Position numbers and translations under genes: made by a program. The notes under the pieces were generated by a model. That model searched no databases. It was not told the DNA's origin and was given only the letters and a program-made list of their open reading frames with translations. Positions 20,087 to 29,506 of a DNA stretch of 64,000 nucleotides are shown piece after piece. The first letter of the stretch is position 1. Each line of letters starts with the position of its first letter. Location of the stretch: UHGV virus genome UHGV-1351772. One strand, given 5' to 3'. Origin of the DNA: a virus.

Positions 20087-20445
20087 CCTCCCATGCTTTC
20101 ACATGGGCACAGACTATATCATAACCGTAGGTATTGCTACCCGTAGGTCTCCCCCACTTCGCCGCTAAACTAAGCAGCTACTCTACTCGGTTTTACCCTT
20201 TCGATAGTCGTTGAACGATTTTCATCGCTGCTGGTTATCCATTATCACAACCCTTAGCATTATTGGTTAGCATAGGTTATCTTACGAATTGTTTCTGACT
20301 TTCGCCACCCTGTCGGGATCGTAAGCTTTAGGGGTTTCCAGCAATTCGAGGGATACGCACTAGAGGTTTCCCGTCTAGTGGGCCAGTGTTTAGCATTAGG
20401 TGCTTTGATGACGCGATCAGAAATACGCAGAGAACATTGTGTTAC
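20084..20445 (-). other. group I self-splicing intron (ORF-less), boundaries approximate (+/- 20 nt)
   Basis: Minus-strand core elements in canonical order: P aattgctggaaa (20335..20346), Q aaccagcagc (20227..20236), R gttcaacgacta (20205..20216), S atgatatagtct (20111..20122), P9 hairpin cccatg-tgaaag-catggg (20090..20107), with a G before the exon-2 frame. Confidence 0.65.
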
Positions 20446-21759
20446 ATCTGTCAGTACCGCTGAGATGAACAATGTCTGAATAGAAAGTTGAACCAATGTT
20501 GGGTTACGCAGAACTTCCAACATTAAGCCGAATCCGCCGGGGGATTCTTTAATCAACTCATTAATAATTTCATGTACCAACGGTACATACTGCATTGCCG
20601 CAAATGCAATGATGCGCTCACATTGTCGAGGTGTATAATCACGTCGACCTAACTTGTTCTCAATGTGAACACTCGCCAACGGAACCAACCAACGCCAAGG
20701 CGCAATAACTTTCAACGCATCATGAGGTTCAGAGATAGGAGAGATAGTCACACGTCCGCCCCACGGTACGTGTGTTGACCCGAGTTTTGCCCGATAGAAC
20801 CCAGGTTTACCTTCCATCACTTCCTGACGATGGTCAATATAGAAATACGCAAGCTGTCGATTCGCTTTGATCGCACGACGAATAATAAATCGTGGTTCGA
20901 TACGGCGTGCATTCGTGTACAACAACGCCACATTTTTTACTGCGTCGATAGCGCTGGTATAAACCGGATCGATAAAAATACCTTGTCGGCGCTCCTCCGT
21001 AACGATCAGTTTTGATGAAATAATCGGAAGGTGTCTTGGAAAGAATGAGAACGATTGTTCCTGAAAGAACTCACGCCATTCTAAGCGCACGCGCTCACTC
21101 TCATAACGGTTATTTTTCGTTGGTGGATAAATCTCCTTCCAAGCTTCCGGAGACGTAAGGATATTAAAGACGGTTCGATGGTGGTCGATAAAGTTTCGAA
21201 TTCCCCGTTCGAAGCCATGTTCGCCGAGTATTCTTTTCACCACGCGAGCACGTGTTCCCTCGTCCTTTTCTGGATGGTAGTACGGATCGATTAGCCACAG
21301 CAGTAAATCAGACCCGCGTTCTACCGTCACTTTGTTACGATTAAATTTTTTCAGCTTAGAGCCAAAGAAGGCATTAAAGAGAGACCAAAAACGTGGATTG
21401 ATAAAGTTACCCATCTCATCGGGAGCGCGTAACCAGACATCAGACGTAATCCGATGTTCAGAAACAACATGTCCGCAATGTGGGCAACGAAGCCCAAGAT
21501 TATAACGATGGGTAATAGGTGATTCGCAGGTCAGACTGCAAATAGGAGCCGAGTTGAGTGTTTCATCAACGATTCGGTTTTGGAGTATTTGGTTAATCAT
21601 CTCCGACGCTTCGATGGTATCCATCGTTGCAGCAACGTCATTGATAATAATCGGTGGTTTGTAGCCTTTTTCCTCCGCTTCTTGTATACAGTCACGTAAC
21701 ATCTTGTCGTGACTAATTAGTCGCCCCGAAATCCCGTAATATTCTAGTTTATGTTCCAC
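20260..21759 (-). CDS. multisubunit RNA polymerase beta-prime subunit, N-terminal part (set A), exon 1; last ~55 codons are probably intron read-through
   Basis: Cys cluster CSLTCES...CPHCGH (zinc ribbon), GKPGFYRAKLGSTHVPWGGRVTISPI matching [27 protein letters not shown], and VLRNPTLVQLSIQTLF matching VLLNRAPTLHRLGIQAF; homology stops ~25 codons before the expected NADFDGD. Confidence 0.6.
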   Translation of the reverse strand: MEHKLEYYGISGRLISHDKMLRDCIQEAEEKGYKPPIIINDVAATMDTIEASEMINQILQNRIVDETLNSAPICSLTCESPITHRYNLGLRCPHCGHVVSEHRITSDVWLRAPDEMGNFINPRFWSLFNAFFGSKLKKFNRNKVTVERGSDLLLWLIDPYYHPEKDEGTRARVVKRILGEHGFERGIRNFIDHHRTVFNILTSPEAWKEIYPPTKNNRYESERVRLEWREFFQEQSFSFFPRHLPIISSKLIVTEERRQGIFIDPVYTSAIDAVKNVALLYTNARRIEPRFIIRRAIKANRQLAYFYIDHRQEVMEGKPGFYRAKLGSTHVPWGGRVTISPISEPHDALKVIAPWRWLVPLASVHIENKLGRRDYTPRQCERIIAFAAMQYVPLVHEIINELIKESPGGFGLMLEVLRNPTLVQLSIQTLFISAVLTDVTQCSLRISDRVIKAPNAKHWPTRRETSSAYPSNCWKPLKLTIPTGWRKSETIRKITYANQ

Positions 21760-21770
21760 GCCGAATCCTC

Positions 21771-21814
21771 AACAAAAAAAGAGAGGGAAGGGACAGGGGG
21801 TTTTCCCCTGTCCC
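21771..21814 (-). terminator. strong intrinsic terminator
   Basis: gggacagggg-(g)tttt-cccctgtccc hairpin followed on the minus strand by CTCTCTTTTTTTGTT, directly after the stop of the 615-aa gene. Confidence 0.7.
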
Positions 21815-21843
21815 TCAACTACTGCTTACTACTTACCAACTTA

Positions 21844-23691
21844 TTAGAAAGTCGGACGCCAGTCAGTTGCAGCGAAGGACATACCGAAATCGCTACCAAA
21901 TGCGTTAGGACCGCTACCAGACAGCGCGAAGTTCTCATTACCCGTGTTAACAAACACAGAGTGAGTGAGGCTGTTCGCTGCGGTAACACCATTCACCTGG
22001 AAGTTGCAGTTTTCAGTAATGTATTCCACCAGTGCTTTACCAAACAGCGGATTGATCGCCAGGTCAGACGCTTCACCCGTTACCTGCGGCTGTTTGCTAC
22101 CGAACATGGACGCAGCCATTTTCAGCAGGTACAGACGCTGGTCACGCGCATTCAGATAGCGGTGAGAGTAGGACTGTGCACTGATGTAGTCGATCGCATC
22201 GCGTTGGTTATCACCCACTTTAGTCAGAGCGGAAACCAAGTCCATATCCTGGAAGCTGCGTTTCTGGCTGTTGCTGAAATACTGACCAGAGATGGTCGGG
22301 CAACCGGCAATAACAACGTGTTTGCACTCGAAGTTGGTGACATTGCCCAGCAGTGCTTTGAAGCGAGTGCTGAACTTAGTCGCGCCGTTGCTGGCCATGT
22401 TATCCAGGATATTGAACAGGGTGTACAGTGCGTTGGTGTTACCCATCCCGATTTCGCTCAGGAGAGTAGACAGGCCACCGATACCGTTACCTGCACGATG
22501 GTTCACCACCAGGGCCGCAGTCGGGTTAGCGAAGGTGTCCAGGCATTTCTCGATAACTTCACGGTTACCGTCGATTTTGCTCAGGTCAGGTTTTTCGCTG
22601 CCCCATTCTACATACTCCAGAACGCGGGAGAAGCGGCGATCGGTTTTGTTCAGCGACTGCATGAAACGTTCACGCCAGCCACCAATAGTGGCGATTTGTG
22701 CGAACGCGGCCAGTTCAATCAGCTGACGCTCGATAGGTGCCATTGCCCCAGAGGACTGAGAATCCATCAGGGAAACAACCACTTCGGCTTCCAGCTGACG
22801 CAGGTCCTGAGTACCGTTAGTCAGGGTTTGAGGTTTACCTTTATGGCGGAGGTTGATGTAACCAACACCTGCAACGCTCGGATAATTCTGGAGGCGTTCA
22901 GAAGAGAACAGCGTCGGGTTATTATCGTTGTTGCCAGTGCGAGTGTGGTCAACCACAACCATCAGGTCAGCACGTTGTGCAGAACCGTTAACGTCAGTTA
23001 CAGAACCTTCTTCAACTACGCTGACTTGCGCGGTGAAGCGATCAGAACGGGTCATTTTCAGGTAGCCCAGGTAGCCGGAATGACGACCGAAGATACCCAA
23101 TGCAATCTGGCCCATGAGCTGGTTAGCCCATTCTTCGTTCATGGTTTTACCCAGTTCCGGTACGCAGTTCATTACCATGAACTGTACGCTTGGCAGATTG
23201 TGCTGAGTTGCAATCTGGTTAGTGATGTTGTTCATCACACCTTCTTGACTGAACAGCTGCGCCAGGGTGTAGTAGTTTTCTTTACCGTTGATTTCGTAGA
23301 AACGGATGGACTGGCCATGTTCAAAGAACAGGATACCATAGAGCCATTCGTTATGGTTATCGCCGGACGGACCAGCCACGTATGCAGCAGAACCCATTTC
23401 AGAGTTGATGCCGTCAATAACACCCCAACGGAAGTTACGCAGGTATGTGTTCTTCTCCGCCATCTTCTCAATCAGGCTAGTGAACTGAGAAGCAGTGGAC
23501 ACGAAAGACATGTATCCGAAAGCTTTATCGAAAGTAGAGATGTTTTTAGACATCCCACCAAAAGCGTTGGCCGCATTGGTATTATCCACAGTAGCAGCTC
23601 CCGCGCCACCGAAAGACGGAATTGGATCTGCAGCGGAACCAGCAGCACCAGTCACAACGTCGTTTTGATTGTCAATAAACTCTTTAGCCAT
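21844..23691 (-). CDS. abundant 615-aa protein: candidate chimallin (phage-nucleus shell protein); alternative is major capsid protein
   Basis: Strong optimal-codon bias (ggt, cgt, ctg, aac, ttc), two tandem promoter motifs upstream and a strong terminator downstream; ~67 kDa with Gly/Ala/Ser-rich N- and C-terminal segments; directly upstream of the beta-prime N gene, as chimallin is in phiKZ (recalled synteny). Confidence 0.45.
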   Translation of the reverse strand: MAKEFIDNQNDVVTGAAGSAADPIPSFGGAGAATVDNTNAANAFGGMSKNISTFDKAFGYMSFVSTASQFTSLIEKMAEKNTYLRNFRWGVIDGINSEMGSAAYVAGPSGDNHNEWLYGILFFEHGQSIRFYEINGKENYYTLAQLFSQEGVMNNITNQIATQHNLPSVQFMVMNCVPELGKTMNEEWANQLMGQIALGIFGRHSGYLGYLKMTRSDRFTAQVSVVEEGSVTDVNGSAQRADLMVVVDHTRTGNNDNNPTLFSSERLQNYPSVAGVGYINLRHKGKPQTLTNGTQDLRQLEAEVVVSLMDSQSSGAMAPIERQLIELAAFAQIATIGGWRERFMQSLNKTDRRFSRVLEYVEWGSEKPDLSKIDGNREVIEKCLDTFANPTAALVVNHRAGNGIGGLSTLLSEIGMGNTNALYTLFNILDNMASNGATKFSTRFKALLGNVTNFECKHVVIAGCPTISGQYFSNSQKRSFQDMDLVSALTKVGDNQRDAIDYISAQSYSHRYLNARDQRLYLLKMAASMFGSKQPQVTGEASDLAINPLFGKALVEYITENCNFQVNGVTAANSLTHSVFVNTGNENFALSGSGPNAFGSDFGMSFAATDWRPTF

Positions 23692-23739
23692 TTTACTTAA
23701 TCCTTATAAGGTTTAATACAATTGTAGTGTTGGTTCACG

Positions 23740-23765
23740 TAGATAATATCTAGCTAAGATATTTT
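23740..23765. promoter_or_regulatory. conserved palindromic promoter motif (copy b1)
   Basis: tagataatatctagctaagatatttt in the divergent region between 23691 (-) and 23900 (+). Confidence 0.55.
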
Positions 23766-23819
23766 AGAATACACGTAAAACACACATAGCTTAAAATGAT
23801 TAACTACCGAACCATCACA

Positions 23820-23845
23820 TAGATAATATCTTTCTCAGATATTTT
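23820..23845. promoter_or_regulatory. conserved palindromic promoter motif (copy b2)
   Basis: tagataatatctttctcagatatttt, a second copy 80 bp from b1 with 22 of 26 positions identical. Confidence 0.55.
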
Positions 23846-23899
23846 TCAATGTGAGTGAGACTGTGACCGTTTCCTATGTGTAACCCCAAGGAGTAAGTC

Positions 23900-24961
23900 A
23901 TGTTCAGTCAAGCCGAGTTAAACCAAGCAGCCATAAAGGGTAAATTCGAAGACCCTTCCGCTATACAATTGGTCAGTGCCGTAAAAAATAATAATCAGCG
24001 CATTCGCAACTATTTAGAGTCCATTCAAACCCGTGTTGTTTCAGGCCATCTGGTACTCAAAATCTTAGCGGCTATCGGATATGCGGGTGAACCCAGCTAC
24101 GAAGAGATCGAGTGGGCATGTCGACGCAAGCTTTCCGATATCGGTAATGCGCTACACCTAACTTCTGTGGGGGAGTATGGTCAAGTTTTCAACGGGATCT
24201 TTATCGAGGGGCAAGATGAGATTATTTCACTCGTCGCACGTCCTATTGATCCTGAACTGTCTTTTCGTGACTACACACCTGCAGTTTATCTTTATCACGA
24301 GTACACGAATCTTAACTGGAGTCTCGGGAACGGCAAACCCCGTGGCATCAGTATTATTGAAATTAATCTGGTTGCACTGCTATGGCAATACGTTCTTGCA
24401 GAACAATACTACCGAACGCAATCCGAACCGATTAACCGTGTAGTTTACGCGCAACGACACATCATTTACCGTATGTTACCCAGCTACATGAATATTGCTT
24501 TTTTAAATATTCATCGCGCTGTCGCAACGGGTAAAGAAGTCGAACCCGAAACGCCACTTCGTGTTATCCCTACACCACCTTTGCGTGAACTTTCAATTAA
24601 ACACGCAACGCAAGTTTGTAAAGCACTTCGTGCAGGTAAACCTTTACCTGGTGTGGTCATGGCACACATTCCACAGTTCTTTGATGATCCGACACACCCT
24701 ACCACTGCGGTAGACCGCATCCTTTTTAAAGACCCAGGCTCAACCATTCAAGGTAGTTGGCATCGAAACATCGTGAACTGGTATTGGGCGTTGTTCTGCT
24801 TACAGTTCGACAATTCGAGTATGAGCAAATACAAATCCAATTTAATGGTGCGTATAGCCAGATTCGAAGATGCGAAGATATTGGAAAAACTTACACGGTC
24901 GGCTAGAAATTACTATCGACACGAGTTAATTTTACCATTATATCACGCATTAGAAAATTAA
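23900..24961 (+). CDS. hypothetical protein (353 aa)
   Basis: Plus-strand ORF with ATG at 23900 preceded by aaggag; ends at a terminator hairpin. Confidence 0.55.
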   Translation: MFSQAELNQAAIKGKFEDPSAIQLVSAVKNNNQRIRNYLESIQTRVVSGHLVLKILAAIGYAGEPSYEEIEWACRRKLSDIGNALHLTSVGEYGQVFNGIFIEGQDEIISLVARPIDPELSFRDYTPAVYLYHEYTNLNWSLGNGKPRGISIIEINLVALLWQYVLAEQYYRTQSEPINRVVYAQRHIIYRMLPSYMNIAFLNIHRAVATGKEVEPETPLRVIPTPPLRELSIKHATQVCKALRAGKPLPGVVMAHIPQFFDDPTHPTTAVDRILFKDPGSTIQGSWHRNIVNWYWALFCLQFDNSSMSKYKSNLMVRIARFEDAKILEKLTRSARNYYRHELILPLYHALEN

Positions 24962-25012
24962 GACTTACTCTCCCCCGCTGAGGATTCTTTCGAATCCCCA
25001 TATAATAGAGTT

Positions 25013-25050
25013 AAAACGTTGCACCAAAGTGCAACGTTTACTTTCTTTTT
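25013..25050 (+). terminator. intrinsic terminator
   Basis: aacgttgcac-caaa-gtgcaacgtt hairpin followed by tactttcttttt after the plus-strand gene. Confidence 0.6.
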
Positions 25051-25193
25051 ACCGTAATTCGTATCCCATGACAAAAACATTCTGTCCGGTTACGTGAGCT
25101 AACCACCCGTTTAACTGATCGTCATAGTAGATTTCGAAACTGACAACGGGCTTCAGTCGGAACCAACGTTCGTTACACGGGATCGAATTAATC

Positions 25194-27506
25194 TCATTCG
25201 TCGTCAAAAACCTCTTCTTCGTCTTCATCTTCTTCGTCATCCCCTGCCCTCTCCGATTTCTTAACGTATTGTACTTCCGCCAATTCCTTGTACAATTCGT
25301 CTTTCTCCTCGGCCTTGTCGTAGAAATCTGACAACAACCTCATCCTGTTTTTATCCATCATGAACACACCTAAGCATTCGAGAATGTGATAGTACGGTTC
25401 AACCGTAGAGAAAGCAGTACGACGGATATCTGCAATATCGATCAGTTCTTTAGGGATACCATAGTTTTCCACCAAATGTTCTGGCAGAATCAGTGTTTTA
25501 TATTTACGGAAGTTTGTCTCCTCAAACCACGCCGATGCACCGTTCTTGATAATCGGATCTTCGATACTGTCAATCCACTCTTTAATCTTCGTTTTGTTTT
25601 CCAATGTTACCGGAAGCTTCACTGCATCATACGGCGGTTCTTCCAAATAACCAAACTTCGGACCAAAGATAGCATTATACATTCGGTGGTAATGGTAGTT
25701 CTTCTCATCCTTCTCGTTATAAGCGCTACGTTCCTTGATGTTCGTCGTTTTCAAATACCCTGGATTCCCAGAACGAATAGAATCCATAATCGTGTGTTCG
25801 ATTTGGGCAACCTTTTCCAGCAACGGAATGATTTCGATCTGATCGCCACGGGCAACAACTTCACATAACCCTTTGATGGTGTTCTTAAACTCCTTCATGA
25901 TAATCGGAGGAATGTTAGACGTACGTAAAGACACACCTTTTACTTCCAGCTCGGGATCTTTTTTCAGCTGGCCTTCCTGTCCAGTAATCAATGAGAAGTA
26001 ATGTTTTGCTTTAGTGGTTAATGCAAACGAATCAAACTTAAATTCATTCTTCATTGCATACAGGAACAAACGCTCCTTCGCCACACCGATGTTTGCTGAC
26101 ATACTCGCCATCAAGTGCCGTAAGTGCTGTGTCGCAATATAGATCATCGCATTGGAAACACGGGTAGCTACCTCACCGTAATGTTTACCGGTGTACCAGA
26201 TTGCCCACCATTGCGCAGTCATCATTGTAGAGTCAGTATCAGATACTACCCCTACACGACGAACCACATCCGGCATTCGAGCAATATTGATTGGTAAGTT
26301 TTTCGTGGTAAGAATATTGCGAATCAGTAGCGCGTATTTACCGATCGTTTTCTGTAAGAACACTGCGGAACGAATTAATTCTTTATACCCATCCTGCTGT
26401 TCCCACGGCAACGGTTTTTTATTACCATCAAGTTTCTTAACGTCACTGAACGCTTTACCCATCGGTACTACGTCGGTACGGAACTGCGAGATAATAATCT
26501 GCATATCACCATCGATGGTCTTCTCAGCAGCAACCCAGTCCGTATCAGTCCAGCCTTCGGTATCAACACGCACATCTGGGGTAATTAATGCGCCAATAAA
26601 GTCGCGCATGAATTTATCGTTGTATTTAGCCAGGTGGAAAAAATCACCCATGTAAACAAACGCCGCTCGCGTCAACGCTGATACATTACTAACGTAATGC
26701 TCAACGAACTCCATCCCCTCTTCGTTCTTAAAGTAGAAATCGGCAGAATAATGAATAACCTCCATCACCTCTTCTACCGACGGATAATGAAGCTCATACG
26801 TCTCCATACATTTCTTAAAGCTATTCCAATCGGTTAAAGTACCGATAGATAAGAAATGATCGATAATGCGTGACGGGGTTTCGTAATGTCTATTACCTCC
26901 TAATAAACGCTCATTTCCAGCATTGCCGAACGAAGTTGCAGTACGACAAGTGGACGTCAGTGTGGAGTGTGAGGACTGATTAAAAAGGATCGTGAACGGG
27001 GAGGAAAATGCGCCCGACATACCGTTGTTCAGCGTCTTGACCGCATTCTGTTCGTTCTTTTTGTTGATATTTAATACTACATTGCCCGCTGCTGCTGCTG
27101 CAAACATTTCCTTTTTTACCGCATCACGTTTCGCTACGTTAGCTGCTGTGAATTCAGACAACTTAGAACGTTTGACATGTTCGGGCAAATAAAAAGTTAA
27201 CGAAGGTGCGGAGATAATCTGTTTGTCAATGACGGTTTTAAATAACTTATCGACGGTAGTGTATTTTTCCTCACGATCGCCCGTTTTCTGATTACGCACC
27301 CACATCTTACACACGGGTGATTCGGTTGCTAACTCACCGCCAGGTGCAATAAGAGCATCAACTTCCTGACGACAAAACTCTAAAGGGTATTTTTGTGCGG
27401 TCACGTTATGAATGTATAACGCGACTTGTTCGCGGTAGGCATCGTTGACATCGATATCACGATGGTATTCATCTACCGTTAAACGAAAAGGAGAAATGTA
27501 TTCCAC
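25194..27506 (-). CDS. family-B-like DNA polymerase, polymerase-domain protein (tentative)
   Basis: VVSDTDS (motif C YGDTDS-like), KTLNNGMSGAF (motif B-like KxxxNSxYG), later KAKHY (KKRY-like), in that order; strongly acidic C-terminal tail DDEEDEDEEEVFDDE; no exonuclease motifs seen. Confidence 0.4.
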   Translation of the reverse strand: MEYISPFRLTVDEYHRDIDVNDAYREQVALYIHNVTAQKYPLEFCRQEVDALIAPGGELATESPVCKMWVRNQKTGDREEKYTTVDKLFKTVIDKQIISAPSLTFYLPEHVKRSKLSEFTAANVAKRDAVKKEMFAAAAAGNVVLNINKKNEQNAVKTLNNGMSGAFSSPFTILFNQSSHSTLTSTCRTATSFGNAGNERLLGGNRHYETPSRIIDHFLSIGTLTDWNSFKKCMETYELHYPSVEEVMEVIHYSADFYFKNEEGMEFVEHYVSNVSALTRAAFVYMGDFFHLAKYNDKFMRDFIGALITPDVRVDTEGWTDTDWVAAEKTIDGDMQIIISQFRTDVVPMGKAFSDVKKLDGNKKPLPWEQQDGYKELIRSAVFLQKTIGKYALLIRNILTTKNLPINIARMPDVVRRVGVVSDTDSTMMTAQWWAIWYTGKHYGEVATRVSNAMIYIATQHLRHLMASMSANIGVAKERLFLYAMKNEFKFDSFALTTKAKHYFSLITGQEGQLKKDPELEVKGVSLRTSNIPPIIMKEFKNTIKGLCEVVARGDQIEIIPLLEKVAQIEHTIMDSIRSGNPGYLKTTNIKERSAYNEKDEKNYHYHRMYNAIFGPKFGYLEEPPYDAVKLPVTLENKTKIKEWIDSIEDPIIKNGASAWFEETNFRKYKTLILPEHLVENYGIPKELIDIADIRRTAFSTVEPYYHILECLGVFMMDKNRMRLLSDFYDKAEEKDELYKELAEVQYVKKSERAGDDEEDEDEEEVFDDE

Positions 27507-27559
27507 GGCTGACCTCTAAAAAGGCAGTTTAACTCGGCTATAAGGAGGGTGGGTAACGT

Positions 27560-27600
27560 GAAAAAAAAAGAAAGAAGTATGTCCTCTCCGAAGAGAGGAC
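27560..27600 (-). terminator. intrinsic terminator
   Basis: gtcctctc-cgaa-gagaggac hairpin followed on the minus strand by a long T-run, after the stop of 27609..28028. Confidence 0.65.
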
Positions 27601-27608
27601 ATTTTCGA

Positions 27609-28028
27609 TTAACCCGCAGCGTTTTCAATGATCTCGATTTCCACATCATTAAACCCGCGTGCTGCCAACGCAGCTTCCAGGTCTTCTTTCTCTTGCTTGT
27701 TATCGAGCTGTACAACAAAACGTGCTGTCAAACTGGTAATTACCCTTACTTCGCGTACCCACGCATCAGCCGCAACGCCTACCTTACCTGTAGAATCGCG
27801 GAACAGCATATAGTTATACGCAGTGAGGTCATTTGAAGGTTGTGCTACTAACGACGAATAAATATTCTTCTGGATAGCAGCCAGATCTTCGCCTGCGGTT
27901 TTTGCAAACTCATAGCCGACTTTAGACGCGAGTACACGCACTCGCGTTTCATTACCTTTTAACGGAGTATCGTAAACAATATTTACGATAGACCCTGGTT
28001 CAATGTTACTAAAATCAAACATTATCAC
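27609..28028 (-). CDS. hypothetical protein (139 aa)
   Basis: Last gene of a nine-gene minus-strand cassette of small ORFs. Confidence 0.5.
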   Translation of the reverse strand: MIMFDFSNIEPGSIVNIVYDTPLKGNETRVRVLASKVGYEFAKTAGEDLAAIQKNIYSSLVAQPSNDLTAYNYMLFRDSTGKVGVAADAWVREVRVITSLTARFVVQLDNKQEKEDLEAALAARGFNDVEIEIIENAAG

Positions 28029-28629
28029 TCCTCAACATTGTGATGTCCAGATGGAACGTAGCGTAAACACCTGAAACGGTACCTAAGTCATCATGTAACG
28101 ATAAGTTTAAACACAGGCTCTCAATACCACATTTGTGTGCGGTACGAAAGAGCTGGATAGCGGGTTCGCAATCATTCTCGTAAATCTGGAGAATATTATC
28201 GCGAAGAATTTCTATCGCGTGTTCACGCAACACGTCCCAAGAAGACCCGCCTTGTATTTTACATAACTCATAGATTTCCAGGAGTGGTCGCATATCCTCA
28301 ATCATGTCTTCCGTATAACTGGTTTCCATCATTGAGTTAAATTCCCACTGCCGGTATTCGTCGTTTAACCGTTTCAGGTAACTGTCTAACTCTTTCAGTT
28401 CCCTTTTATTGCCAGGAAAGTTACACGCTTTCGATAACTCGCTAATCGCGGTATTGATATATCGCGTTGCTTCATCCGTCGTCTCTATCGTTGTAGGAAA
28501 AGACACTCGCATACAGCGAAAGCGCATTAGGGTTCTTACTAACTTATCTTTATAGAAATCGCCATCTGTGGCGTATTCCAGTAACCCTAAGTTCGGACGG
28601 ATGAAATGATCACCCCGTACTTTGTACAT
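28015..28629 (-). CDS. hypothetical protein (204 aa)
   Basis: Small-gene cassette member. Confidence 0.5.
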   Translation of the reverse strand: MYKVRGDHFIRPNLGLLEYATDGDFYKDKLVRTLMRFRCMRVSFPTTIETTDEATRYINTAISELSKACNFPGNKRELKELDSYLKRLNDEYRQWEFNSMMETSYTEDMIEDMRPLLEIYELCKIQGGSSWDVLREHAIEILRDNILQIYENDCEPAIQLFRTAHKCGIESLCLNLSLHDDLGTVSGVYATFHLDITMLRSDNV

Positions 28630-29097
28630 TCAAACCTCTATGCAAATAAAACCACTCCCAATCTCATTCATAAACAAAGATACTTTGGTTTTCTTCGATC
28701 CTTCTTCCGGCGTTAACCCAGACTGTTGCCAGAGCGTTTCGACCAGATTACGGATACGAAAATAGTCCACATCCTTTTCTATTTCAAACTGCAACAAAGA
28801 ATGGGAGAATATACGCACTTCATCGACTGAGAACAGTTGTGCTAGTTGTGTGAAAATAAATTGGTGATTGGGTGGGATGAACGTCAGAAACGTTTCACCC
28901 TCACCCAAACGACGCACCACCGAACGTACAGATTCCTCTGCATACTTCGCCAGGAACCAGTACGCCATATACGGTGCTACCGAACCAATATCCGCATTCT
29001 CAACCCGCGAATGTAGGCGTTCCGGGAGATACACTTCCGAAATTTCCATAAACAGTTTCATAGCAGACCAACACCAGATCGCTGAATGTTTCCCCAA
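28630..29097 (-). CDS. hypothetical protein (start uncertain)
   Basis: Small-gene cassette member; overlaps the upstream ORF by ~100 bp in the track, so the start is probably internal. Confidence 0.45.
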   Translation of the reverse strand: MGKHSAIWCWSAMKLFMEISEVYLPERLHSRVENADIGSVAPYMAYWFLAKYAEESVRSVVRRLGEGETFLTFIPPNHQFIFTQLAQLFSVDEVRIFSHSLLQFEIEKDVDYFRIRNLVETLWQQSGLTPEEGSKKTKVSLFMNEIGSGFICIEV

Positions 29098-29506
29098 TCC
29101 AACGTGTCAATGAACCAGGAAACATCGAATTAATTAACGCAGCCAATCCTGTCTGCGACAGAAGTTCACGCTGTAGAATATCCGCCGCGTGACAAATTGC
29201 CGCCAGATGACTGTCTTCATCACCTATCGTAGAAAGGAAGGTGATACTTTCTACAGTTTCGCCTGGAATAGCATTTTCGTCGTATGCAGTGACAGTAAGC
29301 AGTTCTTTTAACAACTCAGGATTATGGGACTTCGCCGCGATAATGTATGCGGTACCGAAGTCTTCATAGAGTCGCCGAATATCGTGCTCGAAAACGTCTA
29401 AACGATTCGTTTCTAAAACGTCCACCAACACGTCACGTACTGCTTCGTAAAAACGGGTTCTACCGTAACTTTGTACCTCTTGCGCGACGTAATAAACATA
29501 CTGCAT
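29000..29506 (-). CDS. hypothetical protein (168 aa)
   Basis: Small-gene cassette member. Confidence 0.45.
   Translation of the reverse strand: MQYVYYVAQEVQSYGRTRFYEAVRDVLVDVLETNRLDVFEHDIRRLYEDFGTAYIIAAKSHNPELLKELLTVTAYDENAIPGETVESITFLSTIGDEDSHLAAICHAADILQRELLSQTGLAALINSMFPGSLTRWIGETFSDLVLVCYETVYGNFGSVSPGTPTFAG

Noticed and set aside
20260-20430. C-terminal 55 codons of the 499-aa beta-prime N ORF as genuine protein sequence
   Set aside because: Homology to beta-prime ends upstream of this tail, and the tail overlaps the P element of the group I intron core; more likely translation running into the intron.
21751-23700. 649-aa plus-strand ORF
   Set aside because: Entirely antisense to the strongly codon-biased 615-aa minus-strand gene; composition is shadow-frame like (Cys/His/Arg-rich, no start context). 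Treated as a shadow ORF.
25049-25240. 63-aa ORF overlapping the 3' end of the polymerase-like gene
   Set aside because: Overlaps the C-terminal codons of a long credible gene by 47 bp and has no independent start context; could be real but unsupported.
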